A stretch of DNA of 64,000 nucleotides from Bacillota bacterium (lineage in GTDB: Bacteria; Bacillota; Sulfobacillia; JAJZYS01; JAJZLH01): NCBI GenBank assembly GCA_021827745.1, contig JAKAUI010000045.1, positions 124,589-188,588 on the forward strand, given 5' to 3'. The position numbers and the translations under genes are program-made. How positions within the stretch are numbered: the first letter of the stretch is position 1; every line of letters starts with the position of its first letter. Below the pieces are notes generated by a model. The model was not told the origin of the DNA and made no database searches. It saw only the letters and a list, made by a program, of their open reading frames with translations. This document shows, in pieces, positions 53,959-63,335 of the stretch.

Positions 53959-54201
53959 CTACTTGGTGCCGAGCAGAACGAATCCCATGACCAGGGCGAT
54001 GATCGGCAGCGCTTCGATCAGACCGATGAAGATCAGGGTGCGGCCGAACAGGGCGCCCCAGGCTTCAGGCTGGCGGGCCGATCCTTCGATCGTCTTGGAG
54101 GTGACGATGCCGTCGCCGATGGCCGCTCCGATGGCGGCGCCCCCGAAGGCGATGCCTGCACCCAAAAGGGCCAGGCCGTGGACGAACGTCGTGGAAGTCA
54201 A
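53959..54201 (-). CDS. atpE: F0F1 ATP synthase subunit C
   Basis: 80-aa hairpin proteolipid with Gly-rich helix 1 and the conserved carboxylate in helix 2 (IGLIEALPIIA). Confidence 0.9.
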   Translation of the reverse strand: MTSTTFVHGLALLGAGIAFGGAAIGAAIGDGIVTSKTIEGSARQPEAWGALFGRTLIFIGLIEALPIIALVMGFVLLGTK

Positions 54202-54241
54202 GAGTCCACCTCCTCTCGTCGGCTCAGTGGGAAGGAATCGC

Positions 54242-54955
54242 TCAGTGCTCGCCGACCGGTCCCATCGATCCGGCTACGTACGCCAAGGTGAGCACCATAA
54301 AGATGAAGGACTGGATCAGGTCGATGAAGGTATTGAAGGAAAGCGCCAGCGTCTGGACCAGCACCGACCCGATGAAGGCCACCACCGGACCGAGTCCCGA
54401 GATGGCGATCGGGGCGAGCTGGATGCCCAGCCCGATCAGGATGGTGCCGGCGAAGATGTTGCCGAAAAGACGCAGGGCCAAGGTGGCCGGGTTCGACAGC
54501 GCCTCCAGCAGGTTGATCGGAAAGAGCAGGGCAAAGGGCTTGAAGAAGCTGCCGAGGTGCCCGCCCACGCCCCTGTAGCGGACGCCGTAGGCGTGGATCA
54601 GGATGAACACGATCAGGGCCAGCCCGATCGTGGTGTTGGCGTCTGAGGTGGGCGAGAAGAAGAGCGGGAACAGCCCGATCAAATTGGCCATCAGCACGAA
54701 CATGAAGACAGCGACCAGAAGATTGTACAGCCTCTGCCGCTGATGGTCGGCAGGCAGGCGGTCGTGCAAGAAGCCGGTGACGAACTCGACCACAAACTCG
54801 AGCAGATTCTGCACCGGGCTCGGCACGTCATCCTTGCGGTTTCTCGACGCCAGGTAGAAGAGGACCAAGATGACGGCCATGGCCAGCCAGGTCCAGATCA
54901 AGGTCGTCGAACGCAGAGCGAACGGCCCGATCATCCACAGGGGCTGCGGTCCCAT
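54242..54955 (-). CDS. atpB: F0F1 ATP synthase subunit A
   Basis: Polytopic membrane protein with the conserved Arg helix (LALRLFGNIFAG). Start placed at ATG 54955, preceded by AAGGAGTG and just after the atpI stop. Confidence 0.9.
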   Translation of the reverse strand: MGPQPLWMIGPFALRSTTLIWTWLAMAVILVLFYLASRNRKDDVPSPVQNLLEFVVEFVTGFLHDRLPADHQRQRLYNLLVAVFMFVLMANLIGLFPLFFSPTSDANTTIGLALIVFILIHAYGVRYRGVGGHLGSFFKPFALLFPINLLEALSNPATLALRLFGNIFAGTILIGLGIQLAPIAISGLGPVVAFIGSVLVQTLALSFNTFIDLIQSFIFMVLTLAYVAGSMGPVGEH

Positions 54956-54959
54956 CTCG

Positions 54960-55316
54960 TCACTCCTTCGCCGGCTGGGCGATGCCAACCCAGGACAAGA
55001 CCTGGCACATAAAATAGGCGATCAGGAAGGCGGCGGCGGTACGGATGCTGAGGTGGGGAAGTAGGACCATGGCAGCTAGTGCCACCAGGGCGAAGCGCGA
55101 GGACGTGTTGAGCGCCATCCGCCAGGCGGACTGCCTGGCCGGTGCACCTCTCAGGCCGCGCAACCGGATCGCCAGCAGTGCCTCAGAGAGGACACTGACG
55201 CCAGCTCCCAGGGTGGCCGCCTCTGCCTGCGATTGGCCTGTGAGAACATACCACAGGGCCACCGAAAAGAGAACAACGAAGGGCCAGATCCTGATCAGGC
55301 GCCAGGAGCGGCTCAC
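54960..55316 (-). CDS. atpI: ATP synthase protein I
   Basis: 118-aa small hydrophobic protein immediately upstream of atpB. Confidence 0.65.
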   Translation of the reverse strand: MSRSWRLIRIWPFVVLFSVALWYVLTGQSQAEAATLGAGVSVLSEALLAIRLRGLRGAPARQSAWRMALNTSSRFALVALAAMVLLPHLSIRTAAAFLIAYFMCQVLSWVGIAQPAKE

Positions 55317-55543
55317 CGGCCGGATCCGCCGCTGCCGAATCCGGTGCGGATGGTGACCAACGAGGCGAGGGCGATGCCAAAGAGCAGCCCGACGACGGTC
55401 AGGATGTATCCGCTGCCAAGACGCTGGTCGAGCCAGCGGCCCAAGAACAGCCCGCCGACCACGGCCACGGCCCAGGTTACCCCGAGCGCCATGCCGCTGC
55501 CGCCGACACCGCCTGAAGACGGTCTGGACTTTACGGCCGACAC
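55313..55543 (-). CDS. AtpZ/AtpR-like small membrane protein (putative F0F1-ATPase accessory subunit)
   Basis: 76 aa with two TM segments, directly upstream of atpI with an ATGA overlap. Confidence 0.5.
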   Translation of the reverse strand: MSAVKSRPSSGGVGGSGMALGVTWAVAVVGGLFLGRWLDQRLGSGYILTVVGLLFGIALASLVTIRTGFGSGGSGR

Positions 55544-55571
55544 CCCCTTAGGCCTCGGGCTGTGTGCGAGA

Positions 55572-56720
55572 TCAGCGCTGCGGCAGCCGTCCCACTGGCA
55601 GGGGACTGTAGGGGTCGGGCGCTACCTTGGTCAGTCCCATGGTGTGGGCCAGCCCGTGAACCACCCGCCCTGCCGCCGCACCATCGCCATAAGGGTTGAT
55701 GGCGCTGGCCATCTCACGATAGCGGCGGCCGTCTGTGAGCAGCGTCTCGACCGTCCTTCGCACCTCGGCGAGGGTCGGGTCGATCCGCCACACGGTGCCG
55801 GCGGCCACGGCCTCTGGCCGCTCTGTGCGCCGGCGCACCAAAACCACCGGCACCCCGAGCGCCGGCGCCTCTTCCTGGGCGCCGCCGGAGTCGGTGACGA
55901 GGAGCGTGGCGGACACGAGCCGGTCGATCCACTCCGGGTAGGAGGGCGGCTCGATCACCTCGACGCCGGCGAGACCTGAAAAGGCAGAGGAGAGCGCGCT
56001 CTGCACATTCGGGTTGGGGTGCGCCGAAATCACCATGCGCAGCCCCGGCCGAGCGGACAAGACTTCGGCCAGGCCCCCAAAGATGGCGGCCAGCGGCTCA
56101 CCAAAATTCTCGCGGCGGTGGCACTCCACCAGCACCAGTTCCTTTGCCGGTGCGCCTTCTCTGCGCCGGGAGAGGGTCAAGAGGGTGTCGATGGCCGTAT
56201 TGCCGGTGACATAGATGCGGCCCGCGGCCACGCCCTCTGCCAGCAAATTGGCGCGGGCCTGGGATGTCGGTGCGAAGTGGGCCTGGGCCAGCTGGGCCAC
56301 CAGCCGGCGGTTGGCCTCCTCGGGGAAGGGATTGGCCAGATCTCCGGTCCTGAGCCCGGCCTCCACATGCCCGACCGGAATCCGACGGTAGAAGGCGGCC
56401 AAGGCCCCGACCAGCGTGGTCGAGGTGTCGCCGTGCACCAAGAGGGCGTCCGGCCGCTCGGCCGCGAGGGCGGCATCGAGGCCGGAGAGTGCGCGCACGG
56501 CCAGATCGGCGAGGCTCTGGTCCGGTTGCATCACGTCTAGGTCGACGTCTGGGCTGAGCTGAAAGTGGTCCAGAACCTGATCTAAGAGCTCACGGTGCTG
56601 GCCGGTGACGATCAGGCGCGGAGTAAAGCGCTGGTCCGCCTTCAGGGCGAGCACCACCGGCACCATCTTCACCGCTTCTGGTCTGGTGCCGATCACCACG
56701 GCCACCTTCAGGGCCTTCAC
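55572..56720 (-). CDS. mnaA: UDP-N-acetylglucosamine 2-epimerase (non-hydrolysing)
   Basis: VVIGTRPEAVKMVPV N-terminus and full-length epimerase fold. Confidence 0.9.
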   Translation of the reverse strand: MKALKVAVVIGTRPEAVKMVPVVLALKADQRFTPRLIVTGQHRELLDQVLDHFQLSPDVDLDVMQPDQSLADLAVRALSGLDAALAAERPDALLVHGDTSTTLVGALAAFYRRIPVGHVEAGLRTGDLANPFPEEANRRLVAQLAQAHFAPTSQARANLLAEGVAAGRIYVTGNTAIDTLLTLSRRREGAPAKELVLVECHRRENFGEPLAAIFGGLAEVLSARPGLRMVISAHPNPNVQSALSSAFSGLAGVEVIEPPSYPEWIDRLVSATLLVTDSGGAQEEAPALGVPVVLVRRRTERPEAVAAGTVWRIDPTLAEVRRTVETLLTDGRRYREMASAINPYGDGAAAGRVVHGLAHTMGLTKVAPDPYSPLPVGRLPQR

Positions 56721-57799
56721 GGATTAAGGCCCTCGGTGCGGTCGGCGCCCTCCTCCTGGTCCAAGGGCTCCTTTCGGGCCTGGGGCATGGTAAAGAGTCC
56801 CCAGCGTCTCGCCATCAGCCCGGTGGCCAGGATCACGATCAGGCCGGTGGCCAGAATCAGCTTGGACGGGAAGCGGACAACCAGCACAGCCAGGGCGCCG
56901 AACAGGGCCGTGATCAGATACAGGCTGATCACCGCTCGGCGCTGGCCGAAGCCGCGCCCGAGCAGGCGGTGGTGAATGTGGTCGCGATCGGCCCGGCCGA
57001 TCGGCTGGCCCATCCGCACCCGGCGGACGATCGCAAAGCCGGTGTCGAAGATGGGGAGCGCCAGGGCGATCAGTGGCGCGGCAAGCGTCAGGGCGGTCGT
57101 GTCCTTGACCGAGCCGATCACGGCCACGGCGGCCAAGGCAAAGCCGAGCAGCCCGGAGCCGACGTCGCCCATGAAGATCTTGGCCGGCCAGAAATTGTAG
57201 ATCAAAAAGGCCCCTGCCGCCCCGACCACGGTCAGGGCGATCACCGCCACCGCCGCCTCCTGGCGGATCATGGCGACCATCGTCATCGCTCCGCCCACGA
57301 TCACGGCGATGCCGCTGGCCAGTCCGTCCAGACCGTCGATCAGGTTGACGATGTTGATCACCGCCACCACCCAGACCACGGTCAGGGGAATGCCCAGCCA
57401 GCCGAGCTGCAGACCGGCGCCAAAGGCCACAAACGGGTTTGTCAGTAAAGAGACCGCTCCGCCGAAGACGGCGAACACGGTCCCGGCAGCGATCTGGCCC
57501 AAGAGCTTCAGCTTCCAGCTGAGGCCGAAGATATCGTCGATCAGTCCCACGGCCACGATCACCAGCCCGCCGCTGAAAAAGCCCGCGAGCGGCGTCCCCA
57601 TCGGGATGGCGACCAGGGCCGAGCTGCCCAAAATGGCAATCGCCATCGGCACGCCGCCCAAGGTCGGCACCGGCACCGGATGGATGTGCCGGCCGCCGGG
57701 CGCCTTCAGAAGGCCCCAGCGCCGACTGAGCCTGGCCATGATCGGCGTTCCCACCACGGCGATCAGAAAGCTGAGCCCAAAGGCCCAGACCAGCGTCAT
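56717..57799 (-). CDS. tagO: Undecaprenyl-phosphate N-acetylglucosamine-1-phosphate transferase (TagO/WecA, GT4 MraY-like)
   Basis: Polytopic with the DDxxG (LIDDIFGLS) and NLIDGLDGLA motifs. Confidence 0.85.
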   Translation of the reverse strand: MTLVWAFGLSFLIAVVGTPIMARLSRRWGLLKAPGGRHIHPVPVPTLGGVPMAIAILGSSALVAIPMGTPLAGFFSGGLVIVAVGLIDDIFGLSWKLKLLGQIAAGTVFAVFGGAVSLLTNPFVAFGAGLQLGWLGIPLTVVWVVAVINIVNLIDGLDGLASGIAVIVGGAMTMVAMIRQEAAVAVIALTVVGAAGAFLIYNFWPAKIFMGDVGSGLLGFALAAVAVIGSVKDTTALTLAAPLIALALPIFDTGFAIVRRVRMGQPIGRADRDHIHHRLLGRGFGQRRAVISLYLITALFGALAVLVVRFPSKLILATGLIVILATGLMARRWGLFTMPQARKEPLDQEEGADRTEGLNP

Positions 57800-57859
57800 G
57801 CGCCGGACCGCTCGCTCGCCTGGCGGGCCGAGCCGAGGGGCGCCTGTGCGATCATGCCG

Positions 57860-58195
57860 CTAACGGTCAAGCAGTGCATCTGCTTCCAGATATCCCTTTC
57901 GGCGCAACTTGTCGAGGTGGGCCTGACGCATCTCGGCCACATCCATACCATAATCCTTCTCCAGCACGAACATCATGGTCACCGCCGTCTGGGCAACGTC
58001 CAAGAGCTCCGCCGCCACATGGCTCAACGCGGCGTCCTCGCTCCAGCGCTGGCGCTCGCCGGACAGGCCGCGCACCTTGCCGATGGCGGCGCCGAGCTCG
58101 CCGGCCTCTTCCATCAGTTTGAGGGCCGTGGACTCAAGCGTCGGCACCAGTCCGTTCAGCCGGGGCAGTTCAAGCCCCTTGTGGTTTGTCGTCAT
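57860..58195 (-). CDS. MazG-like nucleotide pyrophosphohydrolase (YpjD-like)
   Basis: All-alpha 111 aa with the EExGE-type motif (LMEEAGELGAA). Confidence 0.7.
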   Translation of the reverse strand: MTTNHKGLELPRLNGLVPTLESTALKLMEEAGELGAAIGKVRGLSGERQRWSEDAALSHVAAELLDVAQTAVTMMFVLEKDYGMDVAEMRQAHLDKLRRKGYLEADALLDR

Positions 58196-58676
58196 GTTCT
58201 GCCGTTGCCTCCTCTTCGATCTGATATCCGCCGTCCGGACGCGCTTGGGCGCGTAGCAGCTGAATGTGGGCCTCTTGCAGGATACGGGCCGAGTGGCGGT
58301 CCGGATAGGGGGCCAGATAGACCACCCGCTCCACCCCGGCCTGGATCATGGCCTTGGCGCAGGTGACACAAGGAAAGTCCGTGGTGTACACGCTGGCCCC
58401 TCTTGAGCTCACGCCCTCCCAGGCGCACTGGATGATGGCGTTCAGTTCGGCGTGGACAGCCCGCACACAGTGGCCGTCTTCCATCAGGCAGCCCACCTCG
58501 TCACAGTGCGGTGCGCCGCGCACGGCGCCATTGTAGCCGGTGGCGATCAGTCGCTGGTTCTTGACCATCACCGCCCCCACCCGACGCCGCGGGCAGGTCG
58601 AGCGGCGGGCGACCAGGCGCGCCAGGTCGACGTAGTAGTCCTCCCAGCTGGGGCGTACGACGCCGCCTTCTACCAT
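58170..58676 (-). CDS. dCMP deaminase (ComEB-like cytidine/deoxycytidylate deaminase)
   Basis: Zn motifs HAELNAI and PCVTCAKAM. Confidence 0.85.
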   Translation of the reverse strand: MVEGGVVRPSWEDYYVDLARLVARRSTCPRRRVGAVMVKNQRLIATGYNGAVRGAPHCDEVGCLMEDGHCVRAVHAELNAIIQCAWEGVSSRGASVYTTDFPCVTCAKAMIQAGVERVVYLAPYPDRHSARILQEAHIQLLRAQARPDGGYQIEEEATAEHDDKPQGA

Positions 58677-59230
58677 CTGAGCTCCTTTGGCCGCTCGTGG
58701 GCGGCCCGGTCTCCACCGATCAGCTTGGGCCGGGCGAAGGCAGCGGTGACCACGGCCTGACCCACGAAGCGTTGTGCAAGGCGGAGCGGCGTTGCCACCG
58801 GCCGGATGTGCATGCCGATCAGCGTCCCTCCGATGTCCATCCCGGCATCGGCGACGGCCGACTCCACCAGGATGCGCTCGGCGTCAAACAGCATGGCGGC
58901 GCAGGCAACAGCACCGCCTGCCCCGGGCAGGGGAAAGGCCCGGACCTGGCTCAGGCCGCGGTCCTTCGCCTGTCTGGCGCTGACTGCGAGCGCCCGGTTC
59001 AGATGCTCGCAGCACTGGTAGGCCAGCTCGACCCGGCACTTGGCCGCTGCCTCCTCCAGCCCTCCGACCAGCTCCTTGGCCAGCTCTAAGGAGGAGGCGG
59101 TGCCGATCGGCTGGCCGCCCACCTCGGAGGTGGAACAACCGATCACCACCAGGGCGCCTTCCGAGAGGTGAGCAGCCTCGACCAGCTGGCAAAGGGCCGC
59201 ATTCGCCTGCTCACCGACGCGCACCGTCAT
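58670..59230 (-). CDS. YwlG/UPF0340 (DUF436) family protein
   Basis: Family-typical ~185 aa. Located where ywlG lies in Bacillus, downstream of ywlE-ywlF. Confidence 0.6.
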   Translation of the reverse strand: MTVRVGEQANAALCQLVEAAHLSEGALVVIGCSTSEVGGQPIGTASSLELAKELVGGLEEAAAKCRVELAYQCCEHLNRALAVSARQAKDRGLSQVRAFPLPGAGGAVACAAMLFDAERILVESAVADAGMDIGGTLIGMHIRPVATPLRLAQRFVGQAVVTAAFARPKLIGGDRAAHERPKELRW

Positions 59231-60096
59231 GTTCGATCTTCCAGGGCGCCGATCTCGGCGATGCGCCGGGCATGACGGCCGCCGGCAAACGAGGTGGCCA
59301 AGAACTCACGCAGCGCATCTTCTGCCACCACCGGCCCGATCAGCCGTTCGCCCAGGCAGATCACATTGGCGTCGTTGTGCTCCCGGGCCAGCCTGGCTGA
59401 GCTGACGTCCGACACCACGGCCGCCCGCACGCCCGGCAGCTTGTTGGCGGCGATCGACATGCCGATGCCGGTGCCGCAGACGAGCAGCCCGACCGCAGCT
59501 CGGCCCTGGCCGACCAGAGCCGCCACCACCTCAGCGAAGTTCGGGTAGTCGACGGAGCTTGGGTCATGGGTGCCGATGTCGAGCACCGGCGTCGGCAGCA
59601 GTGGAAGCAGGCGGTCTTTCATCAGGTAGCCGGCGTGGTCCGCCCCGGCGGCAGCCTGGTAGCGGGGGCCTGCCTTCTTGGCGGCGAGCCCGGCATCGAT
59701 CAGCCGCCCGATCTCAGTCATGGTGCTCTGGTAGACCTGGTCGCTCGATCCGATCGGGTCCGGCACGTCTTCGCCGCCTCCGGCCCATTCGCCAAGCGTC
59801 TGGATCCAGTCCCCGGCCCAGGGAAACCGGCGCAAGAGCTCGGCCTTTTGGCCGCCGGTCATGGCCAGCACCCAGTCCGCCCACACCACGCGCCCGACTG
59901 TGGGCTCTTGGCTGCCATGTTCGGGAGCGCTGAGCCCCGCCGCCAAAAGCGCCCGCCGGGCTCCTTCTGACATGGCCATGCCAGGGCCGGCGCTCACGCC
60001 TGCGGAGTCGGCCTCCACCCCTGGGTGCGAGCGGGCCAGCGCCTCTGCCATCGGGCTGCGGCAGATGTTTCCGGTGCAGACGAACAAGAGCCGCAC
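59227..60096 (-). CDS. In-frame fusion: low-molecular-weight protein phosphatase (YwlE-like, CX5R) and ribose-5-phosphate isomerase B
   Basis: N-terminal VRLLFVCTGNICRSPMAEALAR (P-loop CX5R, DP general acid) continues without a stop into GADHAGYLMKD...LVCGTGIGMSIAANK (RpiB/LacAB). GTG start at 60096 with a GGGGG RBS. Confidence 0.7.
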   Translation of the reverse strand: MRLLFVCTGNICRSPMAEALARSHPGVEADSAGVSAGPGMAMSEGARRALLAAGLSAPEHGSQEPTVGRVVWADWVLAMTGGQKAELLRRFPWAGDWIQTLGEWAGGGEDVPDPIGSSDQVYQSTMTEIGRLIDAGLAAKKAGPRYQAAAGADHAGYLMKDRLLPLLPTPVLDIGTHDPSSVDYPNFAEVVAALVGQGRAAVGLLVCGTGIGMSIAANKLPGVRAAVVSDVSSARLAREHNDANVICLGERLIGPVVAEDALREFLATSFAGGRHARRIAEIGALEDRT

Positions 60097-60098
60097 GG

Positions 60099-61100
60099 TC
60101 AGTCCCCCTTTGGAAGATCCCAGTTCGGCACCTCGCCAGCGCGGTGGAAGGCGCCTCCGGCCGCTCTGCGCAGTCGGTCGCGAATCGCCTGGCCGATGCC
60201 TTCGGCCGACGGCGCGCTGACCAAGAGAACAGTGGCGTCGGCTTCTAATTCTCGCATCGCCGCGAACAGCCCTGTCGCCAGCTCGGCGTTGCTGCCAAAG
60301 CAGCGCTGCTGCCACCTGCGCTCGCGCGCTTGGCCGACCGCAATCAAGGCCGGCACCTCCCCGGCCCGGTCCAGGGCATCGGCCCACTCGTCGATCACTT
60401 CAGCAGCCGTGCGCCCTGTTCCGTCTTCGATCACCACCACCGGCACCGCCGGTTGATAGTGCTGGTAGCGGGTGCCGGGCGAGGGGGCATGGGCAGCGCC
60501 TTCGGTCGCCGGCAAGACGCCGTAGGAAGCCAGCATCTCCTCGGAAATGGCGCCGGGGCGCAGGATCAAGGGTGTCGGTCCGCTGAGATCGACGACTGTC
60601 GACTCAAGCCCGATGGCGCAGGCTCCGCCGTCCAAGATCAGCGGCACCAGGGTGCCGAGCTCGGCCGCCACATGCTCAGCCGTGGTCGGGCTGGGCCGGC
60701 CGGAGAGATTGGCCGAGGGGGCGGCCAGCGGTCGCCCGCTCAGGGCGATCAGCTGGCGGGCCACCGGATGCGCCGGGGCTCTCAGCGCCACGGTGGCGTT
60801 CCCCCTGCGCCCTTTGACCACCAGGGTGAGCGGCCCCGGCCAAAAGGTCGAGGCCAGCTGCCGCCCCAGTTCGCCCAACTCGCCCAGCGACGACGCCTGC
60901 AGGGCGTCTTCGACATGGACGATCAGCGGGTTGTCGGCTGGACGGCGCTTCACGGCGAAGATGGACGCACAGGCGGCTTGATCGAGGGCGTTTGCGGCAA
61001 GTCCATAGACCGTCTCAGTTGGGATGGCGACCAGGCGCCCGGCCCGGATCAAGCCGGCGGCCAGGGCCAGGTTCTGAGTCGTGGGGGCGACCGGAGCGGT
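60099..61100 (-). CDS. tsaC: L-threonylcarbamoyladenylate synthase (TsaC/Sua5 with C-terminal Sua5 domain)
   Basis: YrdC motif VAIPTETVYGLAANA...KRRPADNPLIVHV plus a C-terminal Sua5 domain. Start uncertain: CTG at 61100 overlaps the prmC stop (CTGA). TTG at 61052 is the alternative. Confidence 0.75.
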   Translation of the reverse strand, partial: TAPVAPTTQNLALAAGLIRAGRLVAIPTETVYGLAANALDQAACASIFAVKRRPADNPLIVHVEDALQASSLGELGELGRQLASTFWPGPLTLVVKGRRGNATVALRAPAHPVARQLIALSGRPLAAPSANLSGRPSPTTAEHVAAELGTLVPLILDGGACAIGLESTVVDLSGPTPLILRPGAISEEMLASYGVLPATEGAAHAPSPGTRYQHYQPAVPVVVIEDGTGRTAAEVIDEWADALDRAGEVPALIAVGQARERRWQQRCFGSNAELATGLFAAMRELEADATVLLVSAPSAEGIGQAIRDRLRRAAGGAFHRAGEVPNWDLPKGD

Positions 61101-61900
61101 CAGCCGGTTTTGCGTAGGATCACCACCCGCCCATAGCCGGCCAGGTCTGGCACCACCGTCGCGCTGGCGTGAAGCACCGAGGCTCCGAAGGCCGCCACCT
61201 CCCGCGCCTGGCCCCACCCCACCTCCAGCAAAAGCTGGCCGTCTGCGCTCAGACACTCGGCCGCTTCGACGATCAGACGCCGGATGTGGCTCAGTCCGTC
61301 CGCCCCGCTCCAGATGGCGGCCTTCGGCTCGCGGCGCACCTCTCGATCCACGCGGGCGCCGTGTGCGACGTAGGGCAGATTGGCCACGATCAAGGTCGGC
61401 TTCAGCTTGCGGATCCGAACCGGCGTCAGGAGGTCCCCCCACCACCAGCGCACGGCCGGGGCCAGTTTCCTGCCGTTTTCAGAGGCGGTGGCGAGAGCGG
61501 ATCGGGAGCGGTCGGTGCCGGCCACCTGCCAGTGTGGGTGCAGGCGGCCAAGGCCGATCGCCAAGGCCCCCGAGCCCGTGCCCACATCGATGGCCCAACT
61601 TCCCGCCGGCAGTTCGAGCTGCTGACTCAGCTCCAAGAGGAGCTCTGTCTCCGGGCGAGGGCAGAGCACTGCGGGCCCGACGGCGAGCTCCATGTCCCAG
61701 AAGGCGGCCCGGCGGCGCAGATAGGCGAGCGGCCAGCCCTCGGCCCGGCGGCGGATCAAGGTCCGACAGCGCTGGACCTCGGTCCAGGTCAGGGTCTCCT
61801 GGCGGCTGGGGTCTGGAGCGAAGAGCGCAGCTCCGAGCACGTGGCCGACGATCAGCCGCGCATCGCGTGGGGCCACCCGCCGGCTCCCCTCTGTCATCAT
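61100..61900 (-). CDS. prmC: Release factor glutamine methyltransferase PrmC (HemK)
   Basis: SAM motif IDVGTGSGALAI and NPPY-type NLPYV. Start at MMTEG (ATG 61900), 11 nt after the prfA stop. The 529-aa track ORF is a spurious extension. Confidence 0.85.
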   Translation of the reverse strand: MMTEGSRRVAPRDARLIVGHVLGAALFAPDPSRQETLTWTEVQRCRTLIRRRAEGWPLAYLRRRAAFWDMELAVGPAVLCPRPETELLLELSQQLELPAGSWAIDVGTGSGALAIGLGRLHPHWQVAGTDRSRSALATASENGRKLAPAVRWWWGDLLTPVRIRKLKPTLIVANLPYVAHGARVDREVRREPKAAIWSGADGLSHIRRLIVEAAECLSADGQLLLEVGWGQAREVAAFGASVLHASATVVPDLAGYGRVVILRKTG

Positions 61901-61911
61901 CGCCTGGCTGG

Positions 61912-62991
61912 TCACTGCACGGCCGCCTCTTCTTCGGCCTGGTTCAGGGCATCGGCCAGTTCGGTCAGGTCTCCGTCCAGCACGTCGGCCAACCGGTAGA
62001 GGGTGAGGCCGATCCGATGGTCCGTGACTCGGCCCTGGGGGAAATTGTAGGTGCGGATCCGCTCGCTGCGGTCGCCGCTTCCGACCTGGCTCTTGCGGGC
62101 CGAGGCGGTCGCCTCCTGCTGGGCCGAGGCCGCCTGCTCGAACAGCCGAGCCCTGAGCACGCGCATCGCCTTGTCCCGGTTCTTGTGCTGGGAGCGCTCG
62201 TCCTGGCAGGTCACCACCATGCCGGTGGGCAGGTGCACGATCCGGATCGCCGAGTCGGTCTTGTTCACGTGCTGGCCGCCGGCGCCAGATGCGCGGTGGG
62301 TCTCGATGCGCAGTTCCTCCGGCCGGATCACGATCTCGACTTCGCCCGGCTCGGCCAGCACGGCCACGGTGGCGGTCGAGGTGTGGATGCGGCCCTGGGC
62401 CTCTGTCTCCGGCACCCGCTGCACCCTGTGCACGCCGCTTTCGTGGCGCAGGTGGTGGAAGGTGCCCCGTCCCTTCACCGACAAGATGCCTTCGCGCACC
62501 CCGCCGATCTGGTTCTCGGCCAGCTCCAGCACCTCGTAGCGCCAGCCGGAGCGCTCGGCGAAGCGACTGTACATGCGCAAGAGGTCGGCGGCGAAGAGGG
62601 CGGCCTCGTCGCCGCCGGTCCCGGCGCGGATCTCCATGATCACGTCGTGGTTTTCGCGGCGGTCGGCCGGCAAGACGAGAGAGCGCCACTCGCCCTCGGC
62701 GGCCTTGAGCGCCGCCGCAAGCCGGGCGGACTCTTCTCTGGCCAGCTCGGCCAGTTCGGGGTCGCTTCCGTCCGCCGCCAGCTGTTCGGCCTCTTCTAAG
62801 CTCTGGCGCAGGGTGGCCATGGCATCCCAGCGGCCGATCTGCTCCGAGATCTCAGACAGCTCGCGACCAAGCTGGGCCGAGCGGTCCGGATCGTCCCAGG
62901 CACCGGGCTGGCCCAAGAGTGCCTCGATCTCAGATCGCCTGGCCCGCAGGGCTTCGATCCGTTCGGCGAACGAGGCGTCAGTCGCGCTCAC
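61912..62991 (-). CDS. prfA: Peptide chain release factor 1
   Basis: GGQ ([11 protein letters not shown]) and PxT-type domain 2, 359 aa. Confidence 0.9.
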   Translation of the reverse strand: MSATDASFAERIEALRARRSEIEALLGQPGAWDDPDRSAQLGRELSEISEQIGRWDAMATLRQSLEEAEQLAADGSDPELAELAREESARLAAALKAAEGEWRSLVLPADRRENHDVIMEIRAGTGGDEAALFAADLLRMYSRFAERSGWRYEVLELAENQIGGVREGILSVKGRGTFHHLRHESGVHRVQRVPETEAQGRIHTSTATVAVLAEPGEVEIVIRPEELRIETHRASGAGGQHVNKTDSAIRIVHLPTGMVVTCQDERSQHKNRDKAMRVLRARLFEQAASAQQEATASARKSQVGSGDRSERIRTYNFPQGRVTDHRIGLTLYRLADVLDGDLTELADALNQAEEEAAVQ

Positions 62992-63060
62992 GGCGCATCC
63001 CTCCGCTCAGGGACGCGCCTCAAGGACGCCCCAGAGGACGTTATGCGGCAGACGGTGCGG

Positions 63061-63258
63061 CTAAAGGCCGTACTTCTTCTTGAACTTCTCCACCCGGCCG
63101 GCGGCGTCCAGAATCTTCTGGGTGCCGGTGAAGACCGGATGACAGGCGGCGCAGACATCCACCCGGATGTTGGTCTTGGTCGACCCCACCTCATAGACGG
63201 CGCCACAGGCGCAGGTGATGGTCGTCTTCTGGTAGCTGGGATGGATTCCGGCCTTCAC
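63061..63258 (-). CDS. rpmE: 50S ribosomal protein L31 (Zn-binding type)
   Basis: 65 aa with CxC...CxxC (TCACG...CAACH). Confidence 0.9.
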   Translation of the reverse strand: MKAGIHPSYQKTTITCACGAVYEVGSTKTNIRVDVCAACHPVFTGTQKILDAAGRVEKFKKKYGL

Positions 63259-63335
63259 GGGGTCTCACCTCATCGTCAAATTTCAGTGCACTCGGCATTG
63301 TACCACACCGGGCCAAATCCGCTGGCACCTTGCGC

